Counted from the stretch's first letter, positions 10,444-21,146 are shown. The stretch is 64,000 nucleotides of DNA from Candidatus Cloacimonadales bacterium (GCA_963678315.1 OY782781.1:1408001-1472000); one strand, 5' to 3'. Numbers and translations: made by a program. Notes: generated by a model not told the origin, from the letters alone.

Positions 10444-11739
10444 ATGAATAAGTTTGGTATTATTGTGATTCTTTTATTGGCTACTATTGTGTTACAGTGC
10501 AATGAGTTTGTGATAACAAAAGAGCTGACAGAGAGCGAATTGCATATGGGATTTTCTATGTCAAGTGATGAAGAAAAATATGATTTAGATGGAAATTTAG
10601 GGTCATTAATAATAATAAACTGTGGCATAGATGATGTCAATTTCACAAATAGTGTAAGTAAAATATCTCAAAAAAGAAGCAATGGCGATTATTGGGTCTA
10701 TCTTAAATCTAGTGCTCAAAGATTATATATTAGGAAGTCAGAAGGTTTTGGTAAATACCAATATGATTTCCCTTTTCGTTTAAAGAGTGGAAGCGTCTAT
10801 GAAATGAGTGTTGGAGCTAAAGAAGATTTAGAAGAAGTATCCATACCTATTATGATTACAACTAATCCTTCAGGAGCTGAAGTTTTTATAGATGATGAGT
10901 TTATTGATTATTCCTATGATGGTGTGCTGAGTCATACTCTTCCTGCTGGTAAGTATGAAATTAAATTATCCTTAAAAGGTTTTGTTACTGAGGTAGATTC
11001 TATTACTGTAGATGAGGGCAAGCAAACATTTTCATTTGCATTAAAAGAAAAATTATCAGCAGCTGTGACCATAACTTCTGACCCAGAAGGTGCAGAAATA
11101 TATCTAGATAATGTATATGTAGGAACAACCCCTCATGTAACTTTTTTTCCCTTTGGAGAGTATGATTTAAGATTAGTTTTAAGAGATTATATTTCGATTG
11201 AAGATAAGATTAATGTAGTAGAGAGCTTCGAAAAGAACTATGAATTGACAGAGGCAAGTGCTTTATTAACAATTAACACATTCCCTAATGCAACGATATA
11301 TATAAATGATGAACTATATGCTGGCATTATTAATCATACTAAATTTAAACCTCAGTTATTGGAAATCAAAGTTGTTGTACCACAAACAGAAGCTATTGTA
11401 GATAGAGTACTGCTTAAGCCAGGTGATGATATAATAAAAGAATATTACCCATCAATATCAACAGGAATAATCAAGGTAAATGTGATTCCTGAAAATGCTC
11501 GGATTAACCTAACTAATGAAGAAGGGTTTGAATATCTCTCTATTGGTAAAGAGACTTTTAAAAGTCTTCCAGTGGGGGAATATTATCTAAAAGTCTATGC
11601 TAAAGGTAAGCAGACTTATGAAGAGACAATTCAGTTATATAATGACAAAGTAGTTGAAAGAGATGTGATATTAAAAAGTGAGGATGATTATCTAAAAATG
11701 GATGAGTTTGATGTTGATTCACTTGAAGAGAGCGAATAG
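10444..11739 (+). CDS. Secreted PEGA-domain protein
   Basis: Signal peptide and repeated ITTNPSGAEVFID / ITSDPEGAEIYLD..GTTP units. Confidence 0.85.
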   Translation: MNKFGIIVILLLATIVLQCNEFVITKELTESELHMGFSMSSDEEKYDLDGNLGSLIIINCGIDDVNFTNSVSKISQKRSNGDYWVYLKSSAQRLYIRKSEGFGKYQYDFPFRLKSGSVYEMSVGAKEDLEEVSIPIMITTNPSGAEVFIDDEFIDYSYDGVLSHTLPAGKYEIKLSLKGFVTEVDSITVDEGKQTFSFALKEKLSAAVTITSDPEGAEIYLDNVYVGTTPHVTFFPFGEYDLRLVLRDYISIEDKINVVESFEKNYELTEASALLTINTFPNATIYINDELYAGIINHTKFKPQLLEIKVVVPQTEAIVDRVLLKPGDDIIKEYYPSISTGIIKVNVIPENARINLTNEEGFEYLSIGKETFKSLPVGEYYLKVYAKGKQTYEETIQLYNDKVVERDVILKSEDDYLKMDEFDVDSLEESE

Positions 11740-11758
11740 GCAATTTCAGAAGATAATC

Positions 11759-12346
11759 TTAAACTTGATTATATCTAAAACAGCTAGTAATATGATCATT
11801 CACCATGCCAATTGCTTGCATAAATGAGTAAATTATGGTTGTTCCAATAAACTTAAATCCTTTTTTCTTCATTTCTTTGCATATATAATCTGAAAGCTCA
11901 GTTGAAGCAGGTATCTCATTAATGCTTTGATAAGTATTCTTGATAGGTGTGTTATTAACAAAATGCCATATATAATTGTTAAAAGAACCATATTCTTCTT
12001 GGATCTGTAAGATCATTCTAGCATTATTTATTGCTGCTTTTATTTTTAATTTATTTCTGATAATAGCTTTGTTTTGAACTAGTAAATCAATCTTATCTTG
12101 TTTGTAGGATGCAACTATTGGGATATCAAAGTTGTTGAAAGCTATACGAAAACTTTCTCTCTTTTTTAGAATAGTCAGCCAGCTTAATCCAGCTTGCATG
12201 CTCTCTAATACTAAGAATTCAAAAAGCTTACTATCTTCATGTAAAGGCTTTCCCCATTCCTCATCATGATATTTTATATATAAAGAATCTTTTAAACACC
12301 ATGAACAACGATTAACCAAAGCTGATTTTGATTTACTCTCCATCAT
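11759..12346 (-). CDS. tag: DNA-3-methyladenine glycosylase I
   Basis: RCSW...YHDEEWG, ESMQAGLSW, IIRNKLKI, GMVNDHITSC. Confidence 0.95.
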   Translation of the reverse strand: MMESKSKSALVNRCSWCLKDSLYIKYHDEEWGKPLHEDSKLFEFLVLESMQAGLSWLTILKKRESFRIAFNNFDIPIVASYKQDKIDLLVQNKAIIRNKLKIKAAINNARMILQIQEEYGSFNNYIWHFVNNTPIKNTYQSINEIPASTELSDYICKEMKKKGFKFIGTTIIYSFMQAIGMVNDHITSCFRYNQV

Positions 12347-13484
12347 CCTCTTCGTTATTTTCTGTAGACTCAGATGAAGAATCTTGATTGTCTGATTCTT
12401 TCTCTGCCTCTTCTTTAGCTTTCTTTTCAGCTTCTTCTTTTGCTTTAGCCTCAGCTTCAGCTTTTTTCTTGGCTATCTTCTTTTTTTCTCTTTCTAATTT
12501 TGATTTTTCTCTTTCAGCCTTCTTCTCAGCTTCTATACGAGCTTTTTCTTCTTTAGCTTTACGTATTTTTTGCTGTTCCATTTCATAATCGAAACGCTCA
12601 TTAAGTTTTTTATCTCTATCAATTCTGGCTTCATCGACTTTATATATTGTTTGATCTATCGGCTGATAATTATCATAAATGAATTCTCTTTTCATTATCA
12701 TAATCTCTTCACCACCATATTTATTGGTCTTTTTAGAGACTTTAGTTAATGCCAATCTTCCAAACATATCATATGTATTTCTTTCGATTGTTGATGTATT
12801 AGTGCTGAAATCAATCTCAGCTTTTTCTAGTAAGCGATTGTCCTCATCATAATCATATTCAACAATACTTATTAAGGAATCAGCATAGTCAATCTTTCTT
12901 TCAGAATCTAGTCTAAGGTTTTGATTGTAGTTAAAGTAGGTATAATAGACAGGGAATCCATCATAGTCGTTAGTAGTTATTTTCTCATTTCTACCATCTG
13001 GGAATTTCTTAATCACATCATGAAATAGTGGATATCCAGCATCATTATAATATCTTTTGATGGTTTGATGTTTGACCGAATCCGTTTCAGTGATAATACG
13101 TTTTACAAGTTTACCACCCCATGAATATAATGATTCATCATAGTCAAATCTATTAGGTTTGCGAGTTACAAGTCTTTGTGTAATAATATTATGATTACTG
13201 AAGTAGATTCTTTCATCTAAAGAGTCTGAGTATGTGTAAGTATAATAACCCTCATAAGAATCGTTCCCACCATAATTAGTTATTTCTTTTGTTCTGCCAT
13301 CTTCATAAAAATCATAAAAACTCTTTGTGGTCATATACGATCTATGTAAATCATAATTAGGTAAAATTCTTTGAGTTTTAACTAAACATTTATCAATATT
13401 TTTGAATAATTCAGCTGGTAAATCCTGTGCATTAAGCAATGCTAACAATAAAGAAAAAAGTGTAACAAGTATAATTTTTTTCAT
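12333..13484 (-). CDS. Secreted hypothetical protein with YD-like repeats and a Lys/Glu/Ala-rich tail
   Basis: Signal peptide; YDYDEDNRLL, TYDMFGRL, YNDAGY repeats; KAEAEAKAKEEAEKK tail. Confidence 0.65.
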   Translation of the reverse strand: MKKIILVTLFSLLLALLNAQDLPAELFKNIDKCLVKTQRILPNYDLHRSYMTTKSFYDFYEDGRTKEITNYGGNDSYEGYYTYTYSDSLDERIYFSNHNIITQRLVTRKPNRFDYDESLYSWGGKLVKRIITETDSVKHQTIKRYYNDAGYPLFHDVIKKFPDGRNEKITTNDYDGFPVYYTYFNYNQNLRLDSERKIDYADSLISIVEYDYDEDNRLLEKAEIDFSTNTSTIERNTYDMFGRLALTKVSKKTNKYGGEEIMIMKREFIYDNYQPIDQTIYKVDEARIDRDKKLNERFDYEMEQQKIRKAKEEKARIEAEKKAEREKSKLEREKKKIAKKKAEAEAKAKEEAEKKAKEEAEKESDNQDSSSESTENNEEDDGE

Positions 13485-13549
13485 GAAGTCCTCAAGTATA
13501 TGTTTAAGTATTAAACAAATCTGAAATTAATTTACAGAATAAAGTTATT

Positions 13550-14164
13550 TTATCTATCTTTAGTAGATAAATCATTAATAGATAATGAATCAATAGTTGT
13601 CAAGGAATCTGTGTCTGTTTCTATTAAATATTCATTATCCATATCTGACTCTACATAGAGTGTTACTTTACTTCCTTTAAGAACTTCAGTTCCAGATTTA
13701 GGTTCAATCTTAGAAACTTTGTTTAAGGCTAATGTTCCATAGTTTTTTCTTATAATAACAGGCTCAAGTCCAATCTGTTTAAGAGTAGAACTAGCATTTA
13801 CATAATTTTCTTCAACAACTAAAGGGATTACTACCTTTTCGGAACCAAGACTAACAATGAGCTCCATTTCACATCCTTCTTTAACTTTTTTCTTCCCAAG
13901 AGGTTTTTGCTCAAGAATGATGCCTTTTTCAAAGAGCGGGGAGTATTTCCACACAATAGATGTCTTATCATTTATGTGGAATCCTGACTCTTCAATTAGC
14001 TTTTTAGCTTTGCTGAGTTTTAATCCCACAAGTTCTGGAACTTCTGTAGATGCTCCAATATTTAGTTTGTGAGGAATGATAATTTTACTAGTTATGGTCA
14101 AAACAGATAATATAAAAACTGTAAAAATTACTAAGGCTATGATAAAAGCTTTCAAATGTCTCAT
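13550..14164 (-). CDS. PASTA-domain membrane protein
   Basis: N-terminal TM helix; VPELVG..AKKLI..G, GIILEQKP..VSLG and a second PASTA repeat. Confidence 0.85.
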   Translation of the reverse strand: MRHLKAFIIALVIFTVFILSVLTITSKIIIPHKLNIGASTEVPELVGLKLSKAKKLIEESGFHINDKTSIVWKYSPLFEKGIILEQKPLGKKKVKEGCEMELIVSLGSEKVVIPLVVEENYVNASSTLKQIGLEPVIIRKNYGTLALNKVSKIEPKSGTEVLKGSKVTLYVESDMDNEYLIETDTDSLTTIDSLSINDLSTKDR

Positions 14165-15480
14165 TAGTTTATCCTCTTTAGTCTCGCTCCGAAAGCACCA
14201 TCCATACTATGAATATGGGGAACTGTCTTTAAGTAGCCATCATTTACATATCTTGTATTTATATAATTCTCTGCATTTTCAATTATAAAATTAGGATGTT
14301 TTTTGAGGAACATCTCAATTCTTTCTTCATTTTCTGCAGGATTTAAAGTACATGTTGAATAGATTATATACCCTCCAACTTTAACGAATTTAGATGCATA
14401 ATTCAAAGCATTTGTTTGTAACTTGATTAAGTCTTGGATGTTTTGGTGAGACTGCCATCTTAATTCACTTTTCTTTCCTAAAACACCCCAACCAGAACAT
14501 GGTACATCAAGCAGAATTTTATCATAGGCTGCTGCAACAGGACCGTATGTTAAAGCATCATTTTTAACAAGTTTTACATTACTTAACTGAAGTCTTTCTA
14601 AAGCTTGTTTAATCAACTTTACTTTATTAGGAAACTTATCAATAGCAATAATCTGTCCAGTATTTTGCATTAGTTCGCTCATATAGCTTGTCTTTCCACC
14701 GGGAGCAGCAAAAAAGTCTATAATATTCTCATCAAATTGTGGGTCTAGTAAGGTAACAACTAATGAGGCTGCTGCATCTTGTATAGAAAAATATCCTTCA
14801 CTAAAAGCAACATCTTGTAGCATTGTTTGTGCTTTATCAGCTTTAACTACATCAGCTATACCATCATATTTCGTAAATGAAACCCCTTTCTTTTCAAAGT
14901 AAGGTAAGAGCTTATCCATGGACGTTGCATAGTTATTTACTCTGATATTTATTTCTGGTAGTTCGTTGAAGTACATAGCCATATATTCTGTATTTTCAAT
15001 TCCAAATATATTAACCCATTGAGAGATAAGTTCTACAGGATATGAGTGTTCTACTGAAATTCTTTCAATAGGATCTTCTGGATAAGTAATCTCAGGATTT
15101 CTCAGGTAGTTGCGTAACATAGCATTAACAAAATCACCACTTTTTTGACTATACAGTGTTTTAGCTAATTCAACAGTTTCAGAAACTGCAACCTCTGAAG
15201 GAACACTATCCATATATAATATTTGGTATAATCCAAGCCATAATAGAACCTTTATTTTTAAGTCTGTCTTAGGATATTTCTTCGCATCTCCAAATTGACA
15301 ACAAATATATTCTAAATATAGTTTTCTTTTGATTATTCCCTTAACAAGATTGTAGAAGAATTCGTGATTACCACTATTTGCTTTAAGTTTTTTTGCTTCT
15401 TTATGAAGTAGGGCAGTAGAGAATTCATTTTTCTTAACTACCTTATAAATAACATTATAGGCAATTTGTCTTTCGTTCAT
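14164..15480 (-). CDS. rsmB: 16S rRNA m5C967 methyltransferase RsmB
   Basis: NusB-like N-terminus; QDAAS, AAPGGKT, DVPCSG, YSTCT. Confidence 0.93.
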   Translation of the reverse strand: MNERQIAYNVIYKVVKKNEFSTALLHKEAKKLKANSGNHEFFYNLVKGIIKRKLYLEYICCQFGDAKKYPKTDLKIKVLLWLGLYQILYMDSVPSEVAVSETVELAKTLYSQKSGDFVNAMLRNYLRNPEITYPEDPIERISVEHSYPVELISQWVNIFGIENTEYMAMYFNELPEINIRVNNYATSMDKLLPYFEKKGVSFTKYDGIADVVKADKAQTMLQDVAFSEGYFSIQDAAASLVVTLLDPQFDENIIDFFAAPGGKTSYMSELMQNTGQIIAIDKFPNKVKLIKQALERLQLSNVKLVKNDALTYGPVAAAYDKILLDVPCSGWGVLGKKSELRWQSHQNIQDLIKLQTNALNYASKFVKVGGYIIYSTCTLNPAENEERIEMFLKKHPNFIIENAENYINTRYVNDGYLKTVPHIHSMDGAFGARLKRIN

Positions 15481-15481
15481 A

Positions 15482-16078
15482 TTAACCTTTTTTATATAGC
15501 TGTTTCATTGTTTTTTTAATTAGATTTTGCACGCTTATATTGGCATCTTCTTTGATTAAAATATTGAAAGATTTTCTAATATCTGTTTGCTTGTATCCAA
15601 GAGATATCAAAGCTTTTTCTGCTTCATCAGTGATAGAACTATTGACTACTTTAGGAAGAGATACATCAGAACTTTGAAGTTTATCTACTTTGTCTTTTAG
15701 CTCAATAATCATTCTTTGAGCTGTTTTTGCACCTAGACCTGGGGTCTTAGCTAACAACTTATAATCTTCACTAATTATTGAATTAATGATAGTGTTGGTT
15801 GGTAATGCAGATAACATGGAGAGACCAATTTTTGGCCCAACTCTATTTATAGATATTAATAATCTGAAGAGTTCTTTTTCATTATCCGTGAAGAAACCAA
15901 AGAGACGAGGCCCATCATCTGTATGGTGATAGTGTATCTTTAACATTACCTCTTGTAAGTCCTTGATTTTATCATAAGTACTCATGGGGATTTCTATTTC
16001 ATAGCCTACTCCTGAGCAATCAACTACTGCCACAATTGGAGAAATCTCAGCTAGTTTTCCTTTTAAATAATTGAACAT
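15482..16078 (-). CDS. ruvA: Holliday junction branch migration protein RuvA
   Basis: GVGYEI, LFGF, VGPK, PGLGAKTAQRMIIELKDK, ALISLGY. Confidence 0.95.
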   Translation of the reverse strand: MFNYLKGKLAEISPIVAVVDCSGVGYEIEIPMSTYDKIKDLQEVMLKIHYHHTDDGPRLFGFFTDNEKELFRLLISINRVGPKIGLSMLSALPTNTIINSIISEDYKLLAKTPGLGAKTAQRMIIELKDKVDKLQSSDVSLPKVVNSSITDEAEKALISLGYKQTDIRKSFNILIKEDANISVQNLIKKTMKQLYKKG

Positions 16079-16867
16079 CTATTTCTTCCCTTTCAAAATT
16101 GCGTAACAAGTTGTACTTAGAAAATTACGAAGATGTGGTATCTTTGCGATTATTTTTGATTGCAAGCGTGGTTTCAAGTTAAACTTTATCTCATAGTTTG
16201 GATTAATAAAATATAACTGTAAATCTATTAGCTTTAAGTCTGAATGTTTAACTTCCTTTTTAAATGATTCAACACTCAATTTTGAATTATTTAAATCTAG
16301 AAGTTCATTTATAACCACTTGTCTTTCCCCAGAATTCTCCATCATATTTCTATAAATTGTTTGAGGTAAAAGATGAATATATGGAATTTTCGATAACATT
16401 TGAGACTTAAGCATTTGCTGGTGACCACCAAAAGGGTTTTGCCAAGGAGGGAATGCTATCATGACTAAACCATCATCTGCAAGTAATTCTGAAGTAAGGT
16501 TTAGCAGCTTTATATGGTCTGGAATATGTTCAATAACATCTCGATAGAAAATAAGGTCAAATTTTTGTTCAGTCTTATAAAAAAAGATATTACAGTCAAG
16601 TAACTGGCAAGATCCATCTTGAATGTAGTCAGTTAAATACTCTTTACCATTTTGTATTTTATCGCTGGCTAAATCTAGCCCAATAACCTGACAATTCTCT
16701 TCAAGGAAGGGAAGAAGGTTTCCTCCTTCTCCACAACCAATTTCTAATACTTTGAGATTAGAAATGGATTTATACTTTTTTATATATGGAATCACATACT
16801 TTCTTGTAGTAATAGCTTGTTCATTAAAATATGCTTTTCTGTCTCTATGTCTCTTTTGCATTCTCAA
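16079..16867 (-). CDS. Class I SAM-dependent methyltransferase
   Basis: VLEIGCGEGG, DVIEHI, FPPWQNPFGGH. Confidence 0.85.
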   Translation of the reverse strand: MRMQKRHRDRKAYFNEQAITTRKYVIPYIKKYKSISNLKVLEIGCGEGGNLLPFLEENCQVIGLDLASDKIQNGKEYLTDYIQDGSCQLLDCNIFFYKTEQKFDLIFYRDVIEHIPDHIKLLNLTSELLADDGLVMIAFPPWQNPFGGHQQMLKSQMLSKIPYIHLLPQTIYRNMMENSGERQVVINELLDLNNSKLSVESFKKEVKHSDLKLIDLQLYFINPNYEIKFNLKPRLQSKIIAKIPHLRNFLSTTCYAILKGKK

Positions 16868-17360
16868 TTCCTAATCTAGTCATTGCCTGGAATTTAACTC
16901 TGTTGTATTGAGTATAAGCAATAGCTAATGCGTCACTTGCATCTTCTGATTTTATTTCTTCCTTTAAACCTACTAATTTTTGTATCATATAGCGAACTTG
17001 AGATTTCTGAGCATTTCCATTGCCAACTACTGCTTTTTTAATCTCTTTAGGGGAAAACTCATAAATTGGTAGATTGAATTGGGAACATGCCAGAAGAATT
17101 ACTCCTCTGGCATGACCTAAAGTAAAGGCTGATTGTATATTCTTTCCATAAAAAATAGATTCTACAGCTGCAATATCTGGTTGGTATTCTTTAATAACTT
17201 TAATTAAAGAAGAATATAACTCATTTAACCTACCACTAAGCTTAAGCTTAGGGTTAATATTAATGCAATTACAACCAGCTGCTGTTATCCTACGATTATC
17301 AGTTTCAATTATCCCGTAACCACAAAATCTTGTTCCAGGATCTATGCCAATAATCCTCAT
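16845..17360 (-). CDS. ruvC: Crossover junction endodeoxyribonuclease RuvC
   Basis: IGIDPG, VESIF, GHARG, KKAVVGNGNAQKSQV, DASDALAIA. Confidence 0.96.
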   Translation of the reverse strand: MRIIGIDPGTRFCGYGIIETDNRRITAAGCNCININPKLKLSGRLNELYSSLIKVIKEYQPDIAAVESIFYGKNIQSAFTLGHARGVILLACSQFNLPIYEFSPKEIKKAVVGNGNAQKSQVRYMIQKLVGLKEEIKSEDASDALAIAYTQYNRVKFQAMTRLGIENAKET

Positions 17361-18110
17361 CTACTCTTCGTTCAATTTTTCCATTACTTCGTCAGATACT
17401 TCGTAGTTTGCCCAAACTTTTTGAACATCATCAAGATCATCTAGCTGATCTAACAATCTGAATAGCTTTTCAGCAACATCGTCTGCATTAACAGTCGTCT
17501 TAGGTACTTTGATTAATCCAGGGTCACTTATCTCATAACCTGCATCTTCCATAACACCTAATACTGTATGCAAATCTGAAGCAACAGTGTATACCTCAAA
17601 TTGATCGTCTTCAACTTTGATATCTTCAGCACCGGCTTCTAATGCTTCCATCATGAATTCATCTTCATCCATGCCATTTACTGGAATTGTGAAAAATCCT
17701 TTTTGTTCAAAGTTCCATGAAACAGAACCTGATTCAGCCATTGATCCACCATATTTACTCAAAGCATGACGTACTTCAGCAACGGTTCTATTTTTATTAT
17801 CTGTTGTTACATCTATTAGAATAGCAACACCAGCTTGGCCATATCCTTCATAAGTGAACTCTTCATAAGTTACACCTTCGATTTCACCTGTACCACGCTT
17901 GATTGCTCTATCTATGTTATCTTTAGGCATGTTCTGACTTCTTGCAGCAGAAACAGCAGTTCTTAATCTTGGATTAGATTCTAAATCTCCACCACCTTGT
18001 CTTGCTGCAATTACAATTTCTTTACCTAATTTTGTGAATACTTTTGCTCGTTTTTGGTCTGCTGCACCTTTTTTATGTTTAATTGAACTCCACTTATTAT
18101 GTCCGGACAT
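17361..18110 (-). CDS. yebC: YebC/PmpR family protein
   Basis: MSGHNKWSSIKHKK, YEGYG, TDNKNRT, DDLDDVQKVWAN. Confidence 0.96.
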   Translation of the reverse strand: MSGHNKWSSIKHKKGAADQKRAKVFTKLGKEIVIAARQGGGDLESNPRLRTAVSAARSQNMPKDNIDRAIKRGTGEIEGVTYEEFTYEGYGQAGVAILIDVTTDNKNRTVAEVRHALSKYGGSMAESGSVSWNFEQKGFFTIPVNGMDEDEFMMEALEAGAEDIKVEDDQFEVYTVASDLHTVLGVMEDAGYEISDPGLIKVPKTTVNADDVAEKLFRLLDQLDDLDDVQKVWANYEVSDEVMEKLNEE

Positions 18111-18215
18111 ACGCTTTCCTCTCTGTAAATTTTAAAGAGCCGACTTTGTACAGCCGGCTCCATCTCTTTATATAAAGATATTAATCAAAATTGACTATTC
18201 TTGTCAACTTATTCT

Positions 18216-20270
18216 TTATTCATCTTCAGCTTGAGCAGCTGCAATGATTTTGTTTGCTTCATCACTTGGTACTTTCTCATAATGAGAGAATTTGTCTTCA
18301 AATTTACCTCGACCTTGAGTCAATGATTTAAGTGAAGGGAAGTACTTGTGAACTTCTGATAAAGGTAATTCAGCTGTAAGAATTTGTTTTCTTCCCACTT
18401 GCTCCATACCCATGATTTTACCACGACGAGTTGAAATATCACCCATAACGTCACCCATGTAATCGTTAGGGATAATGATTTTTATTTCGTGAATTGGTTC
18501 TAGAATAATAGGTTTACAGTTTTGGAAACCATTTTTTAGAGCCATTGAAGATGCAATTTTGAATGCCATTTCTGAAGAATCAACATCATGATAAGAACCA
18601 TAATAAAGCTCACAGTAAATATCAACAACAGGATAACCAGCAATGATACCATTGATCATTGTTTCATTGATACCTTTTTCAACAGCAGGGATATAACCTG
18701 AAGGAATTGTACCACCAACAATTGAGTTGATAAATTCATATCCTTCTCCACGTGGTTTTGGACCAACTCTCATGAGAACATGACCATATTGTCCTTTACC
18801 ACCTGATTGCTTTTTATGTTTGTATTCAACTTCAGTTTTACTAGTAATAGTTTCTCTGTAAGGAATTCTAGGTGCTTTTAAAACAGCGTTAACTTTGTAT
18901 CTATTTTTCAATTTCTTTTGAAGTAATAGTAATTGTTGTTCGCCAGTACCTGAAAGAATGTTTTCATGGGTCTCTGGGTTAATAGCTAAATTGATAGTAG
19001 GATCTTCGTTCATTAATCTTTGGATTGCTGAACCAATCTTATCTTCATCATTTTGTGTTTCACCAGTAACTGCTTTCCACATAACTGGAGCAGGTAATTC
19101 AACAGGTTTGCACTTTATATCACTACCTTGTTCAACAATAGAATCCATTGAACGAGCATATTTAAGCTTAACAAGGGCTACGATTTCACCAGCTTTTGCT
19201 TCGCCAGCATCTGCTCTGTTTTTTCCTTGAGCATAATATACATTACCAATCTTATCTTTGTTGTCTTTTTCTGGAATGAATACATCTTTACCAGAAATAA
19301 TAGAACCTGAATAGATTCTCATATAAGCAATATCACCCATTGTTGCATCTGCATAGTTCTTGAAGATGAAACCTACAAGTTTACCATCAGGTGAACATAC
19401 AAATTCCTTTTCTTCTCCCTTTTCTAAAACAATCATGTCTTTTTTGTCTTCAGGACTAGGTAAGTATTCAATGATTGCTTCTAAAAGTGGTTGAAGACCG
19501 ATTTGAGCTGTAGCAGATGATGCAAATGCAGGAATGATATCACCATTAGTAATACCTTTCTTAGCACCCCTTACCATTTCTTCAGCAGAAAGTTCACCAG
19601 CATCAAAGAACTTGTCTAAAAGTTCTTCATCAGATTCAGCAACTGATTCCATTAAAGCCATTCTTTGTTCTTCAACTACATCAGCTACATCAGCAGGGAT
19701 TTCACCCCATTTTCCATCGATAAAAGCTTTATTCTTAAGAATATCTACAACACCTTTAAAAGCACTTTCTTGTCCAATCGGAATGATGATAGGCGTAATT
19801 GCAATATCAGTATTCTCTGTGATTGTTTCAAGTGTTTTGTAAAAATCTGAGTGTTCTTGATCTAATTTATTAACAATAATTGCTTTTGCATTATTCTTGC
19901 CTTGAACTTGTTCAAGTGCTTTTTCTAAACCAACTTCATATCCACCACCACCGTTTGCCACGATGACAGCTGTTTCAACAGCTGGGAATACTGATAATTG
20001 GTCGCCAACATAGTCTGGTGTTCCAGGAGCATCTACAATATTAATTCTGTTATTTTTGTAATCGATGTATCCACAGCTGAGAGATAATGAACTTTTCTTT
20101 TCGATTTCTTCTGCATCAAAGTCCATTACTGTGTTACCATCTTCAACTTTACCAATACGAGTTGTCATTTTTGTAAAGTTGAGTAAGTATTCTACGAGGG
20201 TAGTCTTACCTGCTCCACTTGAACCCAACAAGGCTATGTTCCTAATATTCTTCATGTCATAATTTTTCAT
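18216..20270 (-). CDS. fusA2: Elongation factor G-like protein (EF-G2 paralog)
   Basis: GAGKTT, DAPG, NKLD, YRETI, KKQSGGKGQYG, HDVDSSEMAFK; divergent G1 and switch regions. Confidence 0.9.
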   Translation of the reverse strand: MKNYDMKNIRNIALLGSSGAGKTTLVEYLLNFTKMTTRIGKVEDGNTVMDFDAEEIEKKSSLSLSCGYIDYKNNRINIVDAPGTPDYVGDQLSVFPAVETAVIVANGGGGYEVGLEKALEQVQGKNNAKAIIVNKLDQEHSDFYKTLETITENTDIAITPIIIPIGQESAFKGVVDILKNKAFIDGKWGEIPADVADVVEEQRMALMESVAESDEELLDKFFDAGELSAEEMVRGAKKGITNGDIIPAFASSATAQIGLQPLLEAIIEYLPSPEDKKDMIVLEKGEEKEFVCSPDGKLVGFIFKNYADATMGDIAYMRIYSGSIISGKDVFIPEKDNKDKIGNVYYAQGKNRADAGEAKAGEIVALVKLKYARSMDSIVEQGSDIKCKPVELPAPVMWKAVTGETQNDEDKIGSAIQRLMNEDPTINLAINPETHENILSGTGEQQLLLLQKKLKNRYKVNAVLKAPRIPYRETITSKTEVEYKHKKQSGGKGQYGHVLMRVGPKPRGEGYEFINSIVGGTIPSGYIPAVEKGINETMINGIIAGYPVVDIYCELYYGSYHDVDSSEMAFKIASSMALKNGFQNCKPIILEPIHEIKIIIPNDYMGDVMGDISTRRGKIMGMEQVGRKQILTAELPLSEVHKYFPSLKSLTQGRGKFEDKFSHYEKVPSDEANKIIAAAQAEDE

Positions 20271-20438
20271 TATTTCCCCCGATTTATGGATTTTTCAAGT
20301 TAGTTGTCATATTAGCCCTACTTTTTTTAGGTGTCAATATAAATATTAAAATTGAATAAAGAAAAATGCACAATATGAAAGATAAACATATCTAAATCCC
20401 CTTAAATAATGCTAATTACACTAATATGGTTATAAAGC

Positions 20439-20478
20439 AAAAAAATAGATTAAGAAGTGTTAACAACTTAATCTATCT
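20439..20478 (-). terminator. Intrinsic terminator ending the surE-pcm transcript
   Basis: Minus strand gatagattaag...cttaatctattttttt. Confidence 0.6.
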
Positions 20479-20548
20479 CGAAAATCTACTGTAATGTTAA
20501 GATTTTGTTAAATATCTGCAAAAGTGTTTATTTTTATCAACATATTTA

Positions 20549-21109
20549 TTATAGCAATGCTCCTATTCCAAGGGTCATAATTGTAACAACAACGGAAGCG
20601 ATTAGAACTCCTCCTAGTGCACAAGCCATGGATTTCCAGAACTTTAATCCGAAAATATAGGCTGCCAAGGAACCAGTCCATGCTCCTGTTACAGGCAGGG
20701 GAATTGCTATAAAGAGAGTTAAACCTATCTCTTCGTACTTTTGAATAACTTCGCTCTTTTTTCTAGTACGAGCAAACAACCAATTAAGAAATTTCTTAGT
20801 CGGTTCCCATTTGTTTAATTGCTCAGTAAACCAGCCCATAAACAAGAGAACAAAAGGTATTGGGAGCATATTTCCAAGAATAGCGTATAGTGCTGCTTCA
20901 AACCAGTGCATATCAAGTAAGCCAATTGCTACTGGGATAGCCCCTCTCAATTCCACAATCGGAAGCATTGATATTAAAATAACAATCAAGGGCTTAGGAA
21001 TGCCATAATCTTTTAATTGATTAGTTATGCTTTCTCCAAAACCAGATCCAAATAGTGAGCTTATCACAGTCAGTAACATGAGAACTAATATTATTTTTCT
21101 TATTTTCAT
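20549..21109 (-). CDS. Putative small multidrug export protein (COG2426)
   Basis: SMLPIVELRGAIP, AIPLPVTGAWTG. Confidence 0.85.
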   Translation of the reverse strand: MKIRKIILVLMLLTVISSLFGSGFGESITNQLKDYGIPKPLIVILISMLPIVELRGAIPVAIGLLDMHWFEAALYAILGNMLPIPFVLLFMGWFTEQLNKWEPTKKFLNWLFARTRKKSEVIQKYEEIGLTLFIAIPLPVTGAWTGSLAAYIFGLKFWKSMACALGGVLIASVVVTIMTLGIGALL

Positions 21110-21146
21110 TTTTTCTACTTTTTCTATATTTTTATTTTGTACTTAA

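Noticed and set aside
12333..13484. RHS/YD polymorphic toxin
   Set aside because: Too short, no RHS core end motif, no toxin tip or immunity gene; embedded in a housekeeping operon.
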